Notes under the pieces: model-generated
Told to the model about the DNA's origin: nothing
Database searches by the model: none
The model's input: only the letters and a program-made list of their open reading frames with translations
Assembly: GCF_011745625.1 (NCBI RefSeq)
Contig: NW_027191453.1
Span: 744,001 to 808,000 of the forward strand
DNA from: Cladosporium halotolerans
Taxonomy: Eukaryota
DNA length: 64,000 nucleotides
Direction of reading: 5' to 3'
Shown here: in pieces, positions 35,414 to 46,651 of the stretch
How positions within the stretch are numbered: the first letter of the stretch is position 1
Layout of the letters: each line of letters opens with the position of its first letter
Made by a program: the position numbers and the translations under genes

Positions 35414-35771
35414 ATGGAACAGAAGCCGGCATACATACAGGGAAACCTCCCTCTCTGATACTTAATTATAGCGCACAAGCGAATCTTTCATCCTGCCAGT
35501 CAATAGGCTCTATGGGCTGTCAAGCATCTTATGTACTAACACCGCAAGCGACAATTCCGCTTAACCTGCTACACATAAGTCAAGGGTTGCCCAGCACGCC
35601 ATTGATGAGTTATCGTGCATGATGTCGGAGCCGGTGATATATCCGGATCATGGTAAGAGATCGGGTCACAAATGAGAACTTTGATGATACACGGCCACCT
35701 CATATCTTCTCTATTTACACACCGCCGTCTGTTGCCACTCCTCTTCACACCAAAAGGTCACGTGATGGTAT

Positions 35772-36696
35772 CTAAGCCTTCTGGGCAACAATGCCTATGC
35801 GTAGGTTAGCATCAATCAGTAACAGACTGTTGATTCTCAAAGCACATACGCTCAACATCGGCAACGCTCTGCTTGAGGATCTGGTCGAGGGTCTTGGGGT
35901 TCTCGAGCTCCTTCTGGATCTTGGCAATGATGCTCTGGGCGAGCTCCTGCTGCTGGCGCTGCTTGACCTGGCCCTCGTAGCGGACCCAGGAGTCAAGGAC
36001 AGCCTTGGACTCAGCGGCGAGAGCAGTCTTCTGCTCCATCTCGTAGGCCTGAGCCTCCAGCTGAGCGGTCTCCTGCATTGGGTGTTAGCCAAGCCTTCCT
36101 TCCTCAGAATCCCAACGCGATTCCTGCCAGTGTTTACGTGCCTTGGAGACGGCGAACAGGTCCTTGGTGGTCTCAATGACACCGCCGAGGTCGGAGACGC
36201 TGCTGATGCGGCTCTTGACGGCGTTGGTGTGGTCGTCACGCGCGGCGTTCAGGATGTTCTTGACCTTGTTGGAGTAGTTGTCGGCGAACTCCTTGTACAT
36301 GGGGCCGATGTAGTTGTAGACGCCGAAGTAGATGGTCATGAGGGAGAAGAACACAATGGACTCCTCGTTGACGACGTAGAGCTCGTTGCTGATAGCAGCA
36401 ACGGAGAGACCAGTACCGGCGGAGAGGATACCAATCTTGGAAGCGATCGAGTCGCCGGGCAGAGAGTCAAGGACGGACTTCGCGGCCTCCTTGGGCTCCT
36501 TCTGGGGGACCTGCGCATTCTGCGGGCGCGAGGCAGAGGTAGAGAAGGTGGTGATGGCCGGCGCGGCGGAGCGGAGGGGGAGGGTAGGGCGGGCCCGGAC
36601 GGCGCCTGGAGGGGGTCAGTACGGCCAACGCGTGGGGGCCAGCTGTCGGGGGCGGTGGGAAGTACCCATGGCGCTTCTTGCGAGACGGGAAGCCAT
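35772..36696 (-). CDS. ATP4: Mitochondrial ATP synthase subunit b (subunit 4), three introns
   Basis: Presequence MASRLARSA, 'SVLDSLPGDS', 'SNELYVVNEES', 'TKDLFAVSK', 'KAVLDSWVRYEGQVKQRQQ'. Confidence 0.95.
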
Positions 36697-36897
36697 TGCT
36701 GCGGTGTGTTTGATGGGGTGGGAAGATGCGCTGCGCTGCTGCGTCGTCGCAGACGTGCTCCGAAGCTCCTTCAACCGCAAGCCGCAGGTTCGACCTGCCA
36801 AGGCCCGGCTCTTCCCGATGGCCTCCGAATGGAACTTTTTTGGTGATCGGCCGAGCGTGCGACAGCAGGTGGAAGCGGCTACACAACTGCACCGAAA

Positions 36898-38568
36898 ATG
36901 CCTGGAGTGATCGAGAAGAACGATGCGGCTCGTAAAAGGAAGAGGGCTGGGGATGCGTGTTCAAAAGCAAACGCCGTGAAACCGCGAAAGGCACCGAAAA
37001 CGACTTCGTCCGAGGATACTCAGGCGCAAATCTTGGAACTGGAGAGCCAGATCCTCGAATCTCCCGACTACTACGGCAACATCACGACGCTGCAAAATCA
37101 TATCGCGAAATCGGAAAAGCAACCCGAGACTGCTACTCTTGCAGCTGTTGCATTATGTCGAGTCTTTTGCAGACTGATTGCCAGTGAGGCACTTGTGAGG
37201 CGCAAGGAAGCGTCGGATAATGATGCGCAGACCGTGCAAATGCTTAGGCAGTTTTTGCGCGAATACGTTCAGGGCATGAGTGCTTGGATCGCAGGCTCAG
37301 ATGACGCCCGGGGGAGCACTGCCCTCACCCTGCTCATGCGCGTGGCGAAGGAGGAAGTGTCGCAAGAGCCGAAAAGGGCTGAGCAGGCGTGGAGGACATC
37401 ACAATCCGTGTTCACGATGATTCTGAAGACTCTTATGGAGAATAATGAGGCAGAAGGCGCGAGGCAAGAGTTTGTGGAAAAGTATGTGGAGGAGCACGAC
37501 GATGTGCGCTTTTACACATTCCTCGGAATCAAGCAGTACTTTGAAGAGGAGGGCAATCGTGAGGCGGGTCGCTTGTCGAATGCACTTGACCTCTTGTCGA
37601 ACATTGAGGGCATTCCGGAGGCGCAAAATCAGTTGGAAGACTGGTATGGTGAAGCACCACAAACGAAGAAGCACCCACTGCTGTCGCTATCGGCGCATTT
37701 GAAGATGGCGCAAGAAGGCTGGCTCAGTATCTTCCGCTCACCTTTGACCACTGACCACCGCAAGAAGATCCTCAACATGATGACTCGACAAGTTCTTCCC
37801 TGGTTTGTCACCAAGGTCGAGACCCTCACAGACTTCCTCACGGACTCCTTCAATGCTGGAGGAAGCACTGCACTTCTCGCACTGAGCGGCATCTTCCACC
37901 TTATCACCAAAAAGAACATCGACTATCCAGATTTTTACACCAAGCTGTACTCTTTGCTGGACGAAGATGTACTGCACAGCAAGCATCGCAGCCGCTTTTT
38001 CCGGTTGCTGGACTCCTGTATGGCCTCTACTCATTTGCCTGCGGCAATGGTAGCAAGCTTCATCAAGCGTTTCGCGCGGCTCTCCCTTCAGGCACCTCCA
38101 GGTGCAATCGTCTGGATCGTTCCCTGGACCTATAATATGCTCAAATCACACCCGACATGCTCGTTCATGCTTCACCGTAACCCTCACCCGGCGCACGCCA
38201 TCTTCTCTCAAAACCCGGACTTCGAAGCTTCCGGAATGGACGACATCTTCGATCCGGAAGAGTCGGATCCGATGCTTACGAACGCTATTGAGAGCAGTCT
38301 ATGGGAGCTGGAAACGCTCCGCTCGCATTATCACCCCAACGTTGCAACTCTCGCGAAGATCATCGGCGAGCAATTCACGAAACGTGAATATCAGCTCGAG
38401 GATTTCTTGGACCATTCGTACGGTAGTCTTGTCGACGCCGAGCTGGGCAAGGCATTGAAGAAGACGCCAGTGGTGGAGTTCGAGATTCCCAAGCGCATTG
38501 TAACTGCTGAGGAGGGAGGCCTGAACGACCTCGGCTCATTGCTGCAGAAGGCGATCAAGGCCTCGTAG
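36898..38568 (+). CDS. NOC4: Nucleolar complex protein 4 (CBF/Mak21 domain)
   Basis: 'LTDFLTDSFNAGG..ALLALSGIF', 'DYPDFYTKLYSLLD', 'STHLPAAMVASFIKR', 'AIESSLWEL..HYHPNVA'. Confidence 0.93.
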   Translation: MPGVIEKNDAARKRKRAGDACSKANAVKPRKAPKTTSSEDTQAQILELESQILESPDYYGNITTLQNHIAKSEKQPETATLAAVALCRVFCRLIASEALVRRKEASDNDAQTVQMLRQFLREYVQGMSAWIAGSDDARGSTALTLLMRVAKEEVSQEPKRAEQAWRTSQSVFTMILKTLMENNEAEGARQEFVEKYVEEHDDVRFYTFLGIKQYFEEEGNREAGRLSNALDLLSNIEGIPEAQNQLEDWYGEAPQTKKHPLLSLSAHLKMAQEGWLSIFRSPLTTDHRKKILNMMTRQVLPWFVTKVETLTDFLTDSFNAGGSTALLALSGIFHLITKKNIDYPDFYTKLYSLLDEDVLHSKHRSRFFRLLDSCMASTHLPAAMVASFIKRFARLSLQAPPGAIVWIVPWTYNMLKSHPTCSFMLHRNPHPAHAIFSQNPDFEASGMDDIFDPEESDPMLTNAIESSLWELETLRSHYHPNVATLAKIIGEQFTKREYQLEDFLDHSYGSLVDAELGKALKKTPVVEFEIPKRIVTAEEGGLNDLGSLLQKAIKAS

Positions 38569-38913
38569 GACGTTGTTGATAGCATAGATAAAACCCTGTA
38601 CGGCCAATCAATGGTGAAGAGCAAAGTACGACATCAGAATCATCATATGTTCCCTCTGTGCACCTTGGAAGCTATTTAACCGAGCTTATCCGGCAAATGT
38701 TGCTCTCCTTCCGTCGTCCCACTTCGCGTTCTGAGAGCTTCAAAAGCCGACCTCAGAAACGTCACGCTTCGCCGGCCAGCTCCAGCTCCGCGCCGCAATT
38801 GAAACCTCTTCCCAAACAAACCACACCACATTCGCTCGTGCGCAAAGCGCAGAATCGCCTCAAAACCCGACCCAAACCAAAACCAGCACAATTGCACCGC
38901 ACCCCGAGCAACA

Positions 38914-39600
38914 ATGGGCATCATCTCCAAAGCCATCGGCGTAACAGGCTGGACCGCCTTCGCGGCGGCGGGCACCTTCGTCGCCATGACGCGCAAGAAC
39001 CGCATCCTGCCCGTCCCCGCCAGCGACTACATCTTCAACTCGACCTCCTACGCGCGCTACAACCCCTACAATTCGCCCGTGACGCAGGACATCTGCCTGC
39101 GCCGCGTGCCGCTGTCGCAGATCAAGCCCGAGTACCTCGAGCAGGAGGGCCGGCTGGCGGAGAAGTTCTGCGCGGGCGTCTGGAGCGGGCTGGGATATGC
39201 TTATCAGAGACGGTATCTGGAGAAGAAGTACCGCGGGCCGGAGACGGCGGGGCACCTGTGGGATAAGGAGGAGCTGAAGGAGAGCAAGTACGAGGTCGGC
39301 ACGCTGATTACGGATCACTTTGAGGTTGTGGCCAAGACGCCCGAGAGCATTATGGTGCGGTGCGGCGATTCGCCGCGGAACAAGGACGCCAGGGAGAGCG
39401 ATGGGCTGTTTGAGATGACCGCTGAGATCAAGAAGGACGAGGGCGTGGCGGAGTTTGGGCTTAAGAGTGTTTTCTACAATGGACTGAGTGGGTACAAGAG
39501 CGGGAGCACAGCGGGCCCGATGCCGAGCCACGTGCAGTGGCTGCACCAACAGTACGACAAGGTGCTTATGGAGAGCGCGCTGGTGAATGTGACGAAGTAG
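38914..39600 (+). CDS. Hypothetical protein (228 aa), apparently of a conserved fungal type
   Basis: Good start context and codon bias; 'FCAGVWSGLGY', 'ITDHFEV', 'VRCGDSP', 'FGLKSVFY'. Confidence 0.8.
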   Translation: MGIISKAIGVTGWTAFAAAGTFVAMTRKNRILPVPASDYIFNSTSYARYNPYNSPVTQDICLRRVPLSQIKPEYLEQEGRLAEKFCAGVWSGLGYAYQRRYLEKKYRGPETAGHLWDKEELKESKYEVGTLITDHFEVVAKTPESIMVRCGDSPRNKDARESDGLFEMTAEIKKDEGVAEFGLKSVFYNGLSGYKSGSTAGPMPSHVQWLHQQYDKVLMESALVNVTK

Positions 39601-39706
39601 AGGTAAAGGTGGATCTGGTATTGGAACGGTTTCTGTCAAGGGCTGCTACAATGGGTCCTACAATCCAAAACACGGACGATGCGCCCCGTTATTGGCAAGA
39701 TAGGGC

Positions 39707-40099
39707 TCAATCGAGGAACCTAGCGTCGTCGTCGTACTGCCAGCTCATGCCCTCCGGCTCAGGATCTTCCGTCTTCTTCAACACTTCGATGCAGGCGTCG
39801 CGCAACTTCTGTTTCATTCCCTGCGTCATCTTCGCCCAGAGTTGGTCGGCGAAGTCGGAGAATCCTGTCTGCCAATTTTGCTGTTGCGCTGAGGTGGCAC
39901 TCAGCGCGAGGACGTCCCCTTCACTCGAGGATGTGCTCTGTTGGCGTGAGGTCTGCTGGGTAGTAGGCTGCTCGGTAGTAGGCTGTAGGGCTCTGTCCGC
40001 ACCCTCGCTGGTGTTAGAGTTACTCGTCAGTGCATCGTAATCCGAAATGATAATCGGCAATCCGACGAAGTCGTTCACGAAGATGCTTGTCGTGGCCAT
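39707..40099 (-). CDS. Hypothetical orphan protein (130 aa)
   Basis: ATG-initiated ORF with protein-like composition; no recognised family. Confidence 0.4.
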   Translation of the reverse strand: MATTSIFVNDFVGLPIIISDYDALTSNSNTSEGADRALQPTTEQPTTQQTSRQQSTSSSEGDVLALSATSAQQQNWQTGFSDFADQLWAKMTQGMKQKLRDACIEVLKKTEDPEPEGMSWQYDDDARFLD

Positions 40100-41042
40100 G
40101 ACTCTTGAAAGTGAGGATGTGATGTCTGTGTCTTAGCGAGCCATATTTGGCACGAGTGATGCCCGGTAGTCATCACCTTCTCACTTCGTGCGTGAGTTTG
40201 TTCACAGCGTGGTGGCGCAAGCTTCCGAAAACGGAAACAACGCATGTGAAGTTCCTTACATGTGACAGACAAAGAGACCCTCGTTCTCTGCCGCCCTACA
40301 GTAAGCTCAAAACCCAAGAGACCCTTTCGTAAAAAAGTAGCATCGAGGAAAACAAAGATAGAACATCAGAATTATGCGAACCGCCATTGACATTTCTATT
40401 CTTCATGCATAGCCGAGGAATGCAGCGACCGGACTGCGCTCCGGCGGCGTCTGCCTGTACAGATTCTCACCTTTGCTTGCCATTGTCGACATGCACATAG
40501 CAGCCGTTACAGGGCTATCCTTCACTCCAACGCACACGCTGTCTTCTCCATATATGAACCTTCCTCCCAGCCCTTGCCCTACAAACCTACACGCAACCCT
40601 ACCCGCCCCGAACCCCCTAGCGCCATCTCAGAACCCCACCACGCGCCCGGGGTAGATCTACATCATCGCGTCGCCCTCTGCCTAAGCTTTCTCCCCGATC
40701 GATCTGATCAGCCTCAGAAACGCCATTGGCACCGCAGATCCCTTCATCATCAATACCATCATCACTCGCAACGGCGCGCGTGATGTCACGACTACGCCCG
40801 TCGCTCGTCACAACGACGGACGCGACGCCTGCGCCCCAGCCTTCGCGCTGGACGATGGTGACGCGCTCGATGTGCGCACGGGATAAGAAGGGGCTGCGCG
40901 TAAAGTGCCTTTGTGTCTTTTGTTCTTCTGTATACCCGGGTATATGATTCGTCGAGTAAACCTTGCCATCCGCTTGCCCAAGAAGCCATTGACGTTCCAA
41001 TTTCCAACAAGACGTACATTCCATTGCCCTCCAGCCTCCAAA

Positions 41043-42105
41043 ATGCCGCCCAAAGACAAGTACAGCGATCCCAAGCTGCGCGATGAAGTGAAGGAGGAAA
41101 TCCACAACAGCGACAAAGGCGGCGCGCCCGGGCAGTGGTCGGCGCGGAAGGCGCAGATGATGGCGTCCGAGTGCGTTTATCCCTCCGCCGCCTACTCCGA
41201 AAGAACCGGATCGCTGACCTTCATCATTGTATAGATACAAGAAACGCGGCGGCGGCTACAACACCGAAAAGTCCGAGCAAGACCAGTCGCAAAAGCACCT
41301 CTCCGAATGGACGGAAGAAGAGTGGCAGACGAAAGAAGGGTCCGGGCACGCGAAGCAGGCCGACGGGACCGAGAAGCGGTACCTGCCGAAGAAGGCGTGG
41401 GAGCAGATGAGCGAGGGCGAGAAGGAGGAGACGGACCAGAAGAAGCAGGCGGGCAGCAAGGAGGGGAAGCAGTTTGTGGGCAACACGGAGAAGGCGAAGG
41501 AGAGCAGGGAGAATGCTAATCAGGAGGAGAAGGAGAAGTATGAGGAGAAGAAGGCGAGGGAGAAGGAGCAGCAGAAGAAGGGGGGCGAGGGGGAGGAAGA
41601 GGATGCTGCTGAGCAGGAGGGCGATGAGGAGTATCAGGAGGATGAAGAGGGGTCTGAAGAGGGGTCTGAAGAGGGGTCTGAAGCTGAGGGCGAGAGTGAA
41701 GGAGAGGAGGCTTCGGCCGGTCAGAAGCGGACCCGTGGCCAGCAGAATGGCAGCAAGAAAAGTCAGAAGGATAATGCCGGCAAGGGCCAGTCCAAGGGCA
41801 GTCCCAAGAAACAGCAGAACGGCAACAAGAGCGACAAAAACGACACCGTCGGCTCTAAGCACCAGAAGAATGAAGATCCGGCACCCAAGGGTTCTGCGGA
41901 TAGGCTTCCCAAGAAGGGCCAGCAAGTGCACTGGAAGGCAATGCCGGGTTTCGTGGACGGAGAAGTGACCGACATCCTGACGGGCGAGCAGGAAGTGGAT
42001 GGCAAGAATGTCAAGGCCAGCGAGAAAGATCCGAGGATCGTGCTGAAATCCAACAGCAGCGGCAAGATTTGTGTGCACAAGCCTGAGGCATGCTACTACG
42101 ATTGA
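41043..42105 (+). CDS. DUF5872-like N-terminus, acidic linker and HVA1/DUF2945 Tudor-like C-terminus; intron 41171-41234
   Basis: 'KGGAPGQWSARKAQMMASEYKKRGGGY', 'WTEEEWQTKEG', 'RYLPKKAW'. C-terminal 'GQQVHW..G.V...KASEKDPRIVLKS..SGK..VHKPEA'. Confidence 0.8.
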
Positions 42106-43552
42106 TCCAGCCAAATTAGGTAGCCAAGTCTTCTGAAGATACCAAGCAAGGACCTCATGTATCTCTAGCCAGCACCATATTTCGGTTCCACATATTGCAA
42201 TTATTGAGTGACAAGCCGCTTCCAGATTCACAAAGTCGTTAAACGCCGGTAGCCTTGGCGTGTGATGTAAATCTAGTCTAGTGGGCGCCCAAGGCAATCA
42301 ATACATGCTATGGCAAGCGAGCGGACCGCTCTCAAAAAAGCTCGCGGCTTGAGGCTCCCGCGACAGGCATTACGAGGATCTTCAGGCAGGTTGACGGCCA
42401 AAGTCGCAACAACCAGGTATCGCGCAATGATTTGCAACCAGCCTGTACCCAAGAGTCGATCGTTGAGCGCGCGAATGCATCGTTGTGTTTCAGACAAAGG
42501 CACAAGCCTGTATAGTTTGCGCGAAGTTGACGTGTAGTGAACGGCGCGAGTGGGGAGTTTGGCGATCCGGTCAGGCCTCCAGGAGCTTGCGAACATCATT
42601 TGCATGGGCCAGCCAACGGTCTTCTTCGGCGCTTCGTCCTGCGTGCGTTAGGCGCGTGTTGCGTGGCCGATCGCAAATTCTTCAGCCCTCCGGCTGCGTG
42701 CGTTGGCCGCTGGAGGAACTGGCCAGTTCAGCCGTCGATCATCCTGTACCACCTTCAGCCTTCGTGTTGTGTGACTGCGTGGAAGACGCCTGCGAAGGGA
42801 GGTGTGTTGGCACGCGACCCGATCAGGAAAGACCCCGACTTTCTCGTCAGGGCTGTGATAGATTGGCAAGGATTCGAGCCACGGCGGCTGTGAGAACCCT
42901 TGCTGTCCATCACGCTTTGACTTGCAGACGTGTATTCATGGAATTTGACAGGTCAGGAGACCCTGGCTGGCTGCGCTCCACTTGGTATACTGCGCGCGGT
43001 GGGCCTTCTTTCTGTGTGACGTACGAACAAGAGCTGGTCCCAAACGACTGGAGGCGGGTCGTCGGGACTGACTCAAGTGAGCGGATATTCAGAATACGAC
43101 GCGCTCGTACGTGTAGGTTGTGCGTTGAAACGTGAAACGAGGAGGGATTATTATCTAAGCCGGCAAACATTCGGGGTCATGCCCTAATTTCTCCGTTGCC
43201 CGCCGATGGTGGAACAACCGTCTCGATGGCGTGGATGAGAAGGCTAGACTTTCCCAAGGTCGAGGCTCACAGCACAGCACCGTCGCGACACGCACACGGG
43301 AGAAGAGCAAACGCGCCGACCCCTGCCAGCGACCGCTTGGGAGTTGTGGGCGCATGCATGTCTGGCTGTCTGTTTGCAGCACCCCTGAACGCTTTGGCGC
43401 AGGCCTCCACGCCCCCATCCAGTAGTTCGCGTGATAGTACGTGCTTGCGTGGGTGTGCCCTTCGCATGGGTATGCAGGCGCACGGCGTGGCCGCTGCAGT
43501 CAGCCGGGACGCATTGTTGACTTGCTTACCGCAATGCGCTGCCGGGTGGTAT

Positions 43553-43582
43553 GATGGCTCGATGGCTCGATGGCTCGATGGC
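43553..43582. repeat. 8-nt tandem repeat (GATGGCTC) x about 3.7
   Basis: Directly visible. Confidence 0.85.
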
Positions 43583-44848
43583 CATCCTAGCAAGGCGCTC
43601 GAGAGAGCAACAAGTGCGCCGGGCCCCACAGCGAGCAAGATGTGGACTGGGTCTGATCGACGTAGCCGGCGAGATCCACACGCTCTGCCTCGACGATCAG
43701 ATGGCGGCCGGGGCGGATTAGGGAGAGATGCCGAATGCCTAAATAACGACGTCCCGAAGGGCGAAGAAAAGCCAATTGGCAGCGGACCTGCTGGTGCCCG
43801 GCGGTGATTGGGCATGGCGGACGACACCCATGCGCGCCAGGGTATGCTTGGCGGTGGGTGCGCACGCCTTTCCAACGGCGCGTCGCAGCCGCGTCTCCAC
43901 CTACACCTCGCCATGTGTACCATGTGGCACAGCAGGCGAAGGCGGCGCTGGTCACCGCTCGCTGCCTTCTGACCAGCTCGGGGAGACGCGCCCGGCCAAC
44001 GGGGCATGCGCTCAGGTCAGGCTGGCGACGAGGCCTCCGCGCTCTTCACACAGCCTGCGCGGGAACTGGGGAGGACGAAACGATCCACTGCGCCTGCGAG
44101 GCCCGAAGAGCTCGCAGCGCCTGTGCGGACGCCGGACGGGAGTGCAGTCTGCCCACCGCGGGGCGCGTGCCATTAGCAGCGCCTTTGAAACGCAAGTCCT
44201 CCAGTCCCCCTCTTAGTAAGGTCGCCGGCGTGCTCTCGCAACTGCCGCCCGCGCGTGGACGGCGTGCGCCATGCGCGGACTGACGCTCTGGCAAGATGCA
44301 TCTGCGTCGACGGCCGATCTCCAACAGGCGGTCCAGCTGCCTCTGCTGGCACTCCACCGCCTGCAGGAGTCAGTGGAGGGTTGGGGCGTGCGCTCCACCG
44401 TGCCCAGTTTGCTGCTCCGATGCTCGAGACGTCCAGACGTCCACCTGCCCACGGCCCTCACCCATGTAATCTTGTAGCTCTCTCCCGCATTGGCGATACA
44501 AGAGTCGCCCGGCTGCCTCTCGACACTTGACGTCGGCCCCCAAGCCCGCCTCGCTTCTGCAAGGTGACACCGCAGCCCTCGCACGCCGCATACCGCCAAC
44601 ACGGGATCTAACTCGTCTGGCGTGATCCTTCGTGCACGACACGTCGAGGGCAAGCAAGGCGACGCAATATGGGAGGCCCGTGGGCTGCCGCCGCCGGACG
44701 GCCACACCACAGGGCCGGGTCAGCCAGCCCTGACTGCTGCGCGGCCGCGCTGTCAGCTACGACTGCGACTTACCGCGCAGAGTGCTCGTCGACACCTTCA
44801 CATCAACCTTCCAACTCCACCAGCAACCCGACCGGCATTCTTCGCAGC

Positions 44849-46651
44849 ATGACGCGGAGTCGTCGACGCAGCATCGACCGCGACTCGCCGGCCGAGAGAA
44901 TGATGACTTCCAGAGAATACGAGGCCTTGCCTGCTTCGATAAGGTACGTCCGTCCCCGGCTTCCCGCCGCCGTTTGTCGAGTCGCCTGCCGCCAGCCGTC
45001 ATGTGCAGCAATTTGTTTGCTCGATGTGTCAACGTTGATGCAAGCAAGATTTACGCAAGATCATGAGACTCGATTGCTTATCGATGAGTTGTATCTTTGT
45101 TGCCTACACTCGCATCGAGAAGGATTGATGTGGCAGCTTGCGATTGCGGCTTCCCGCTCGAGGCCACCTGCTTGTGAGACCGAGGCTGATCATCATCACA
45201 GAAAGAAATATTTCTCGTCACAGGAACGAGAACGCATCACACATCAGAGCAAACCATCGATAGACAAGCGCAGCAAACGCAAAGCTACACCCGAGCCATG
45301 CCATATCTCGACGCTCCCCGATAATTGGAAGCCCAACTCGGATCGCAAGCAAAACAAATCGATGACCTCGAGCTTCGTCAGATCTCGCCGTCGTCACTCC
45401 CGGCCCAACATCGAACAGGCGACCGTCAGCGAAGAGCAAGCTGCTTGGTTCCTCTCCTTGCCGGATAAGGTAAAACGTCAACACTTTAGCAAAGAGGAGC
45501 AGATTCTCTTGACCTACCGTTGCGAAACCACGCTAGATAAGAACGGCGTCACTGTGCAACAGGAATCGGCTCAGGACTACTGTCGACGGCAACTCACAAG
45601 GCAATCCGAGGACGGCCAAAAGCGCAAGCACCGTAGAAGGTCTTCCGCTCCAGCGACGATCGCATCAGCCTGTGTTGATGACCAGACTCTGAGCGATCTT
45701 GCGAACGCCGAGGCCCAGCAGGCGGTGGAGGATGGAGAAGAGGGAGACAAAATGGCGATCCTGAATCTTTACTCTAGGAGACACTCCGTCGCTACGACCC
45801 GCGAAAACGTCCCCGAACCGCCAGTGATCCCGCCGGCCCAGATCAGATCATTCAGACGCTCTTTTGCTCTCAGGCCACTCCCAATACCAGCGCCCGTGCT
45901 TGCCCCGTGTCCGTCACCAGGATTCTTCAAGGACAGCCAAAAATCACCAAAAACACGCCGCCGGCCGACGGTATCTTCCATCACTCCTCCAGGAACCTCT
46001 TCTGGCGCGAAGCACTACAAGGATCCCGAGATGCGTCAAGCGCTGCGTGCGATAACATCACCGAAGTTCTTTGACGAGGCTCTCGAATACGGCTTTCCGG
46101 CACCTCCTAACAACAAACCTATGCCCATTGGTTTGCAAGACAAGGCGAGATCGAGGCCGCATTCAAGATCCAACGCATTTACTCACGAAAATGACCGCTC
46201 CTCATCGCTCACCTCAAGCTCCACCGCAACTTCCCTGGGCCGTCCAGGTCCTTCCACGCCCGAGGGCCCAGCGGACTTTCCAGGAAGAGGCTCGGGCGCA
46301 TACGACAAAGCGCCTGACTCGAGCCACAAGCCTCCTTCTCCTCAAAGCCACAACCTCCACCGTCGCGCCATGACGACGGACCACCAGCGGACTCCTTCAG
46401 CCGCAAATCGGGAAATGACGCTGCGAGTCACCCTCACGCGTCCTATTGCGCAGGCCACGGAGGAGGAGCTGTCTGCAGCACCAAAGACGCCACTTCTTCC
46501 ACCGATGATTGACCAGTATGACCCACTTGCACTTGAGAGCATAACGGTCTGCGACGACCCCACCGGTGCTCAGGGCGCCTTCGCTATCCCGGAGAATTCC
46601 CAGAACTTCAGAGGGATCAAGAAGGCCTTCAAGCAACTGGTCCGCAAGTGA
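44849..46651 (+). CDS. Fungal low-complexity hypothetical protein; intron 44944-45201
   Basis: Motif islands 'LPASIRKKYFS' (after splicing), 'FLSLPDKVKRQHFSKEEQ', 'SPKFFDEALEYGFP', 'REMTLRVTLTRP', 'DPLALE'. Confidence 0.78.
   Translation: MTRSRRRSIDRDSPAERMMTSREYEALPASIRYVRPRLPAAVCRVACRQPSCAAICLLDVSTLMQARFTQDHETRLLIDELYLCCLHSHREGLMWQLAIAASRSRPPACETEADHHHRKKYFSSQERERITHQSKPSIDKRSKRKATPEPCHISTLPDNWKPNSDRKQNKSMTSSFVRSRRRHSRPNIEQATVSEEQAAWFLSLPDKVKRQHFSKEEQILLTYRCETTLDKNGVTVQQESAQDYCRRQLTRQSEDGQKRKHRRRSSAPATIASACVDDQTLSDLANAEAQQAVEDGEEGDKMAILNLYSRRHSVATTRENVPEPPVIPPAQIRSFRRSFALRPLPIPAPVLAPCPSPGFFKDSQKSPKTRRRPTVSSITPPGTSSGAKHYKDPEMRQALRAITSPKFFDEALEYGFPAPPNNKPMPIGLQDKARSRPHSRSNAFTHENDRSSSLTSSSTATSLGRPGPSTPEGPADFPGRGSGAYDKAPDSSHKPPSPQSHNLHRRAMTTDHQRTPSAANREMTLRVTLTRPIAQATEEELSAAPKTPLLPPMIDQYDPLALESITVCDDPTGAQGAFAIPENSQNFRGIKKAFKQLVRK

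Noticed and set aside
35791..36846. 351-aa ORF antisense to ATP4 (likewise 32078-32959 and 41224-42297)
   Set aside because: Antisense shadows of codon-biased genes.
42300..44800. Many overlapping 100-250 aa ORFs in all frames
   Set aside because: GC-rich non-coding DNA with no codon bias or domain motifs.
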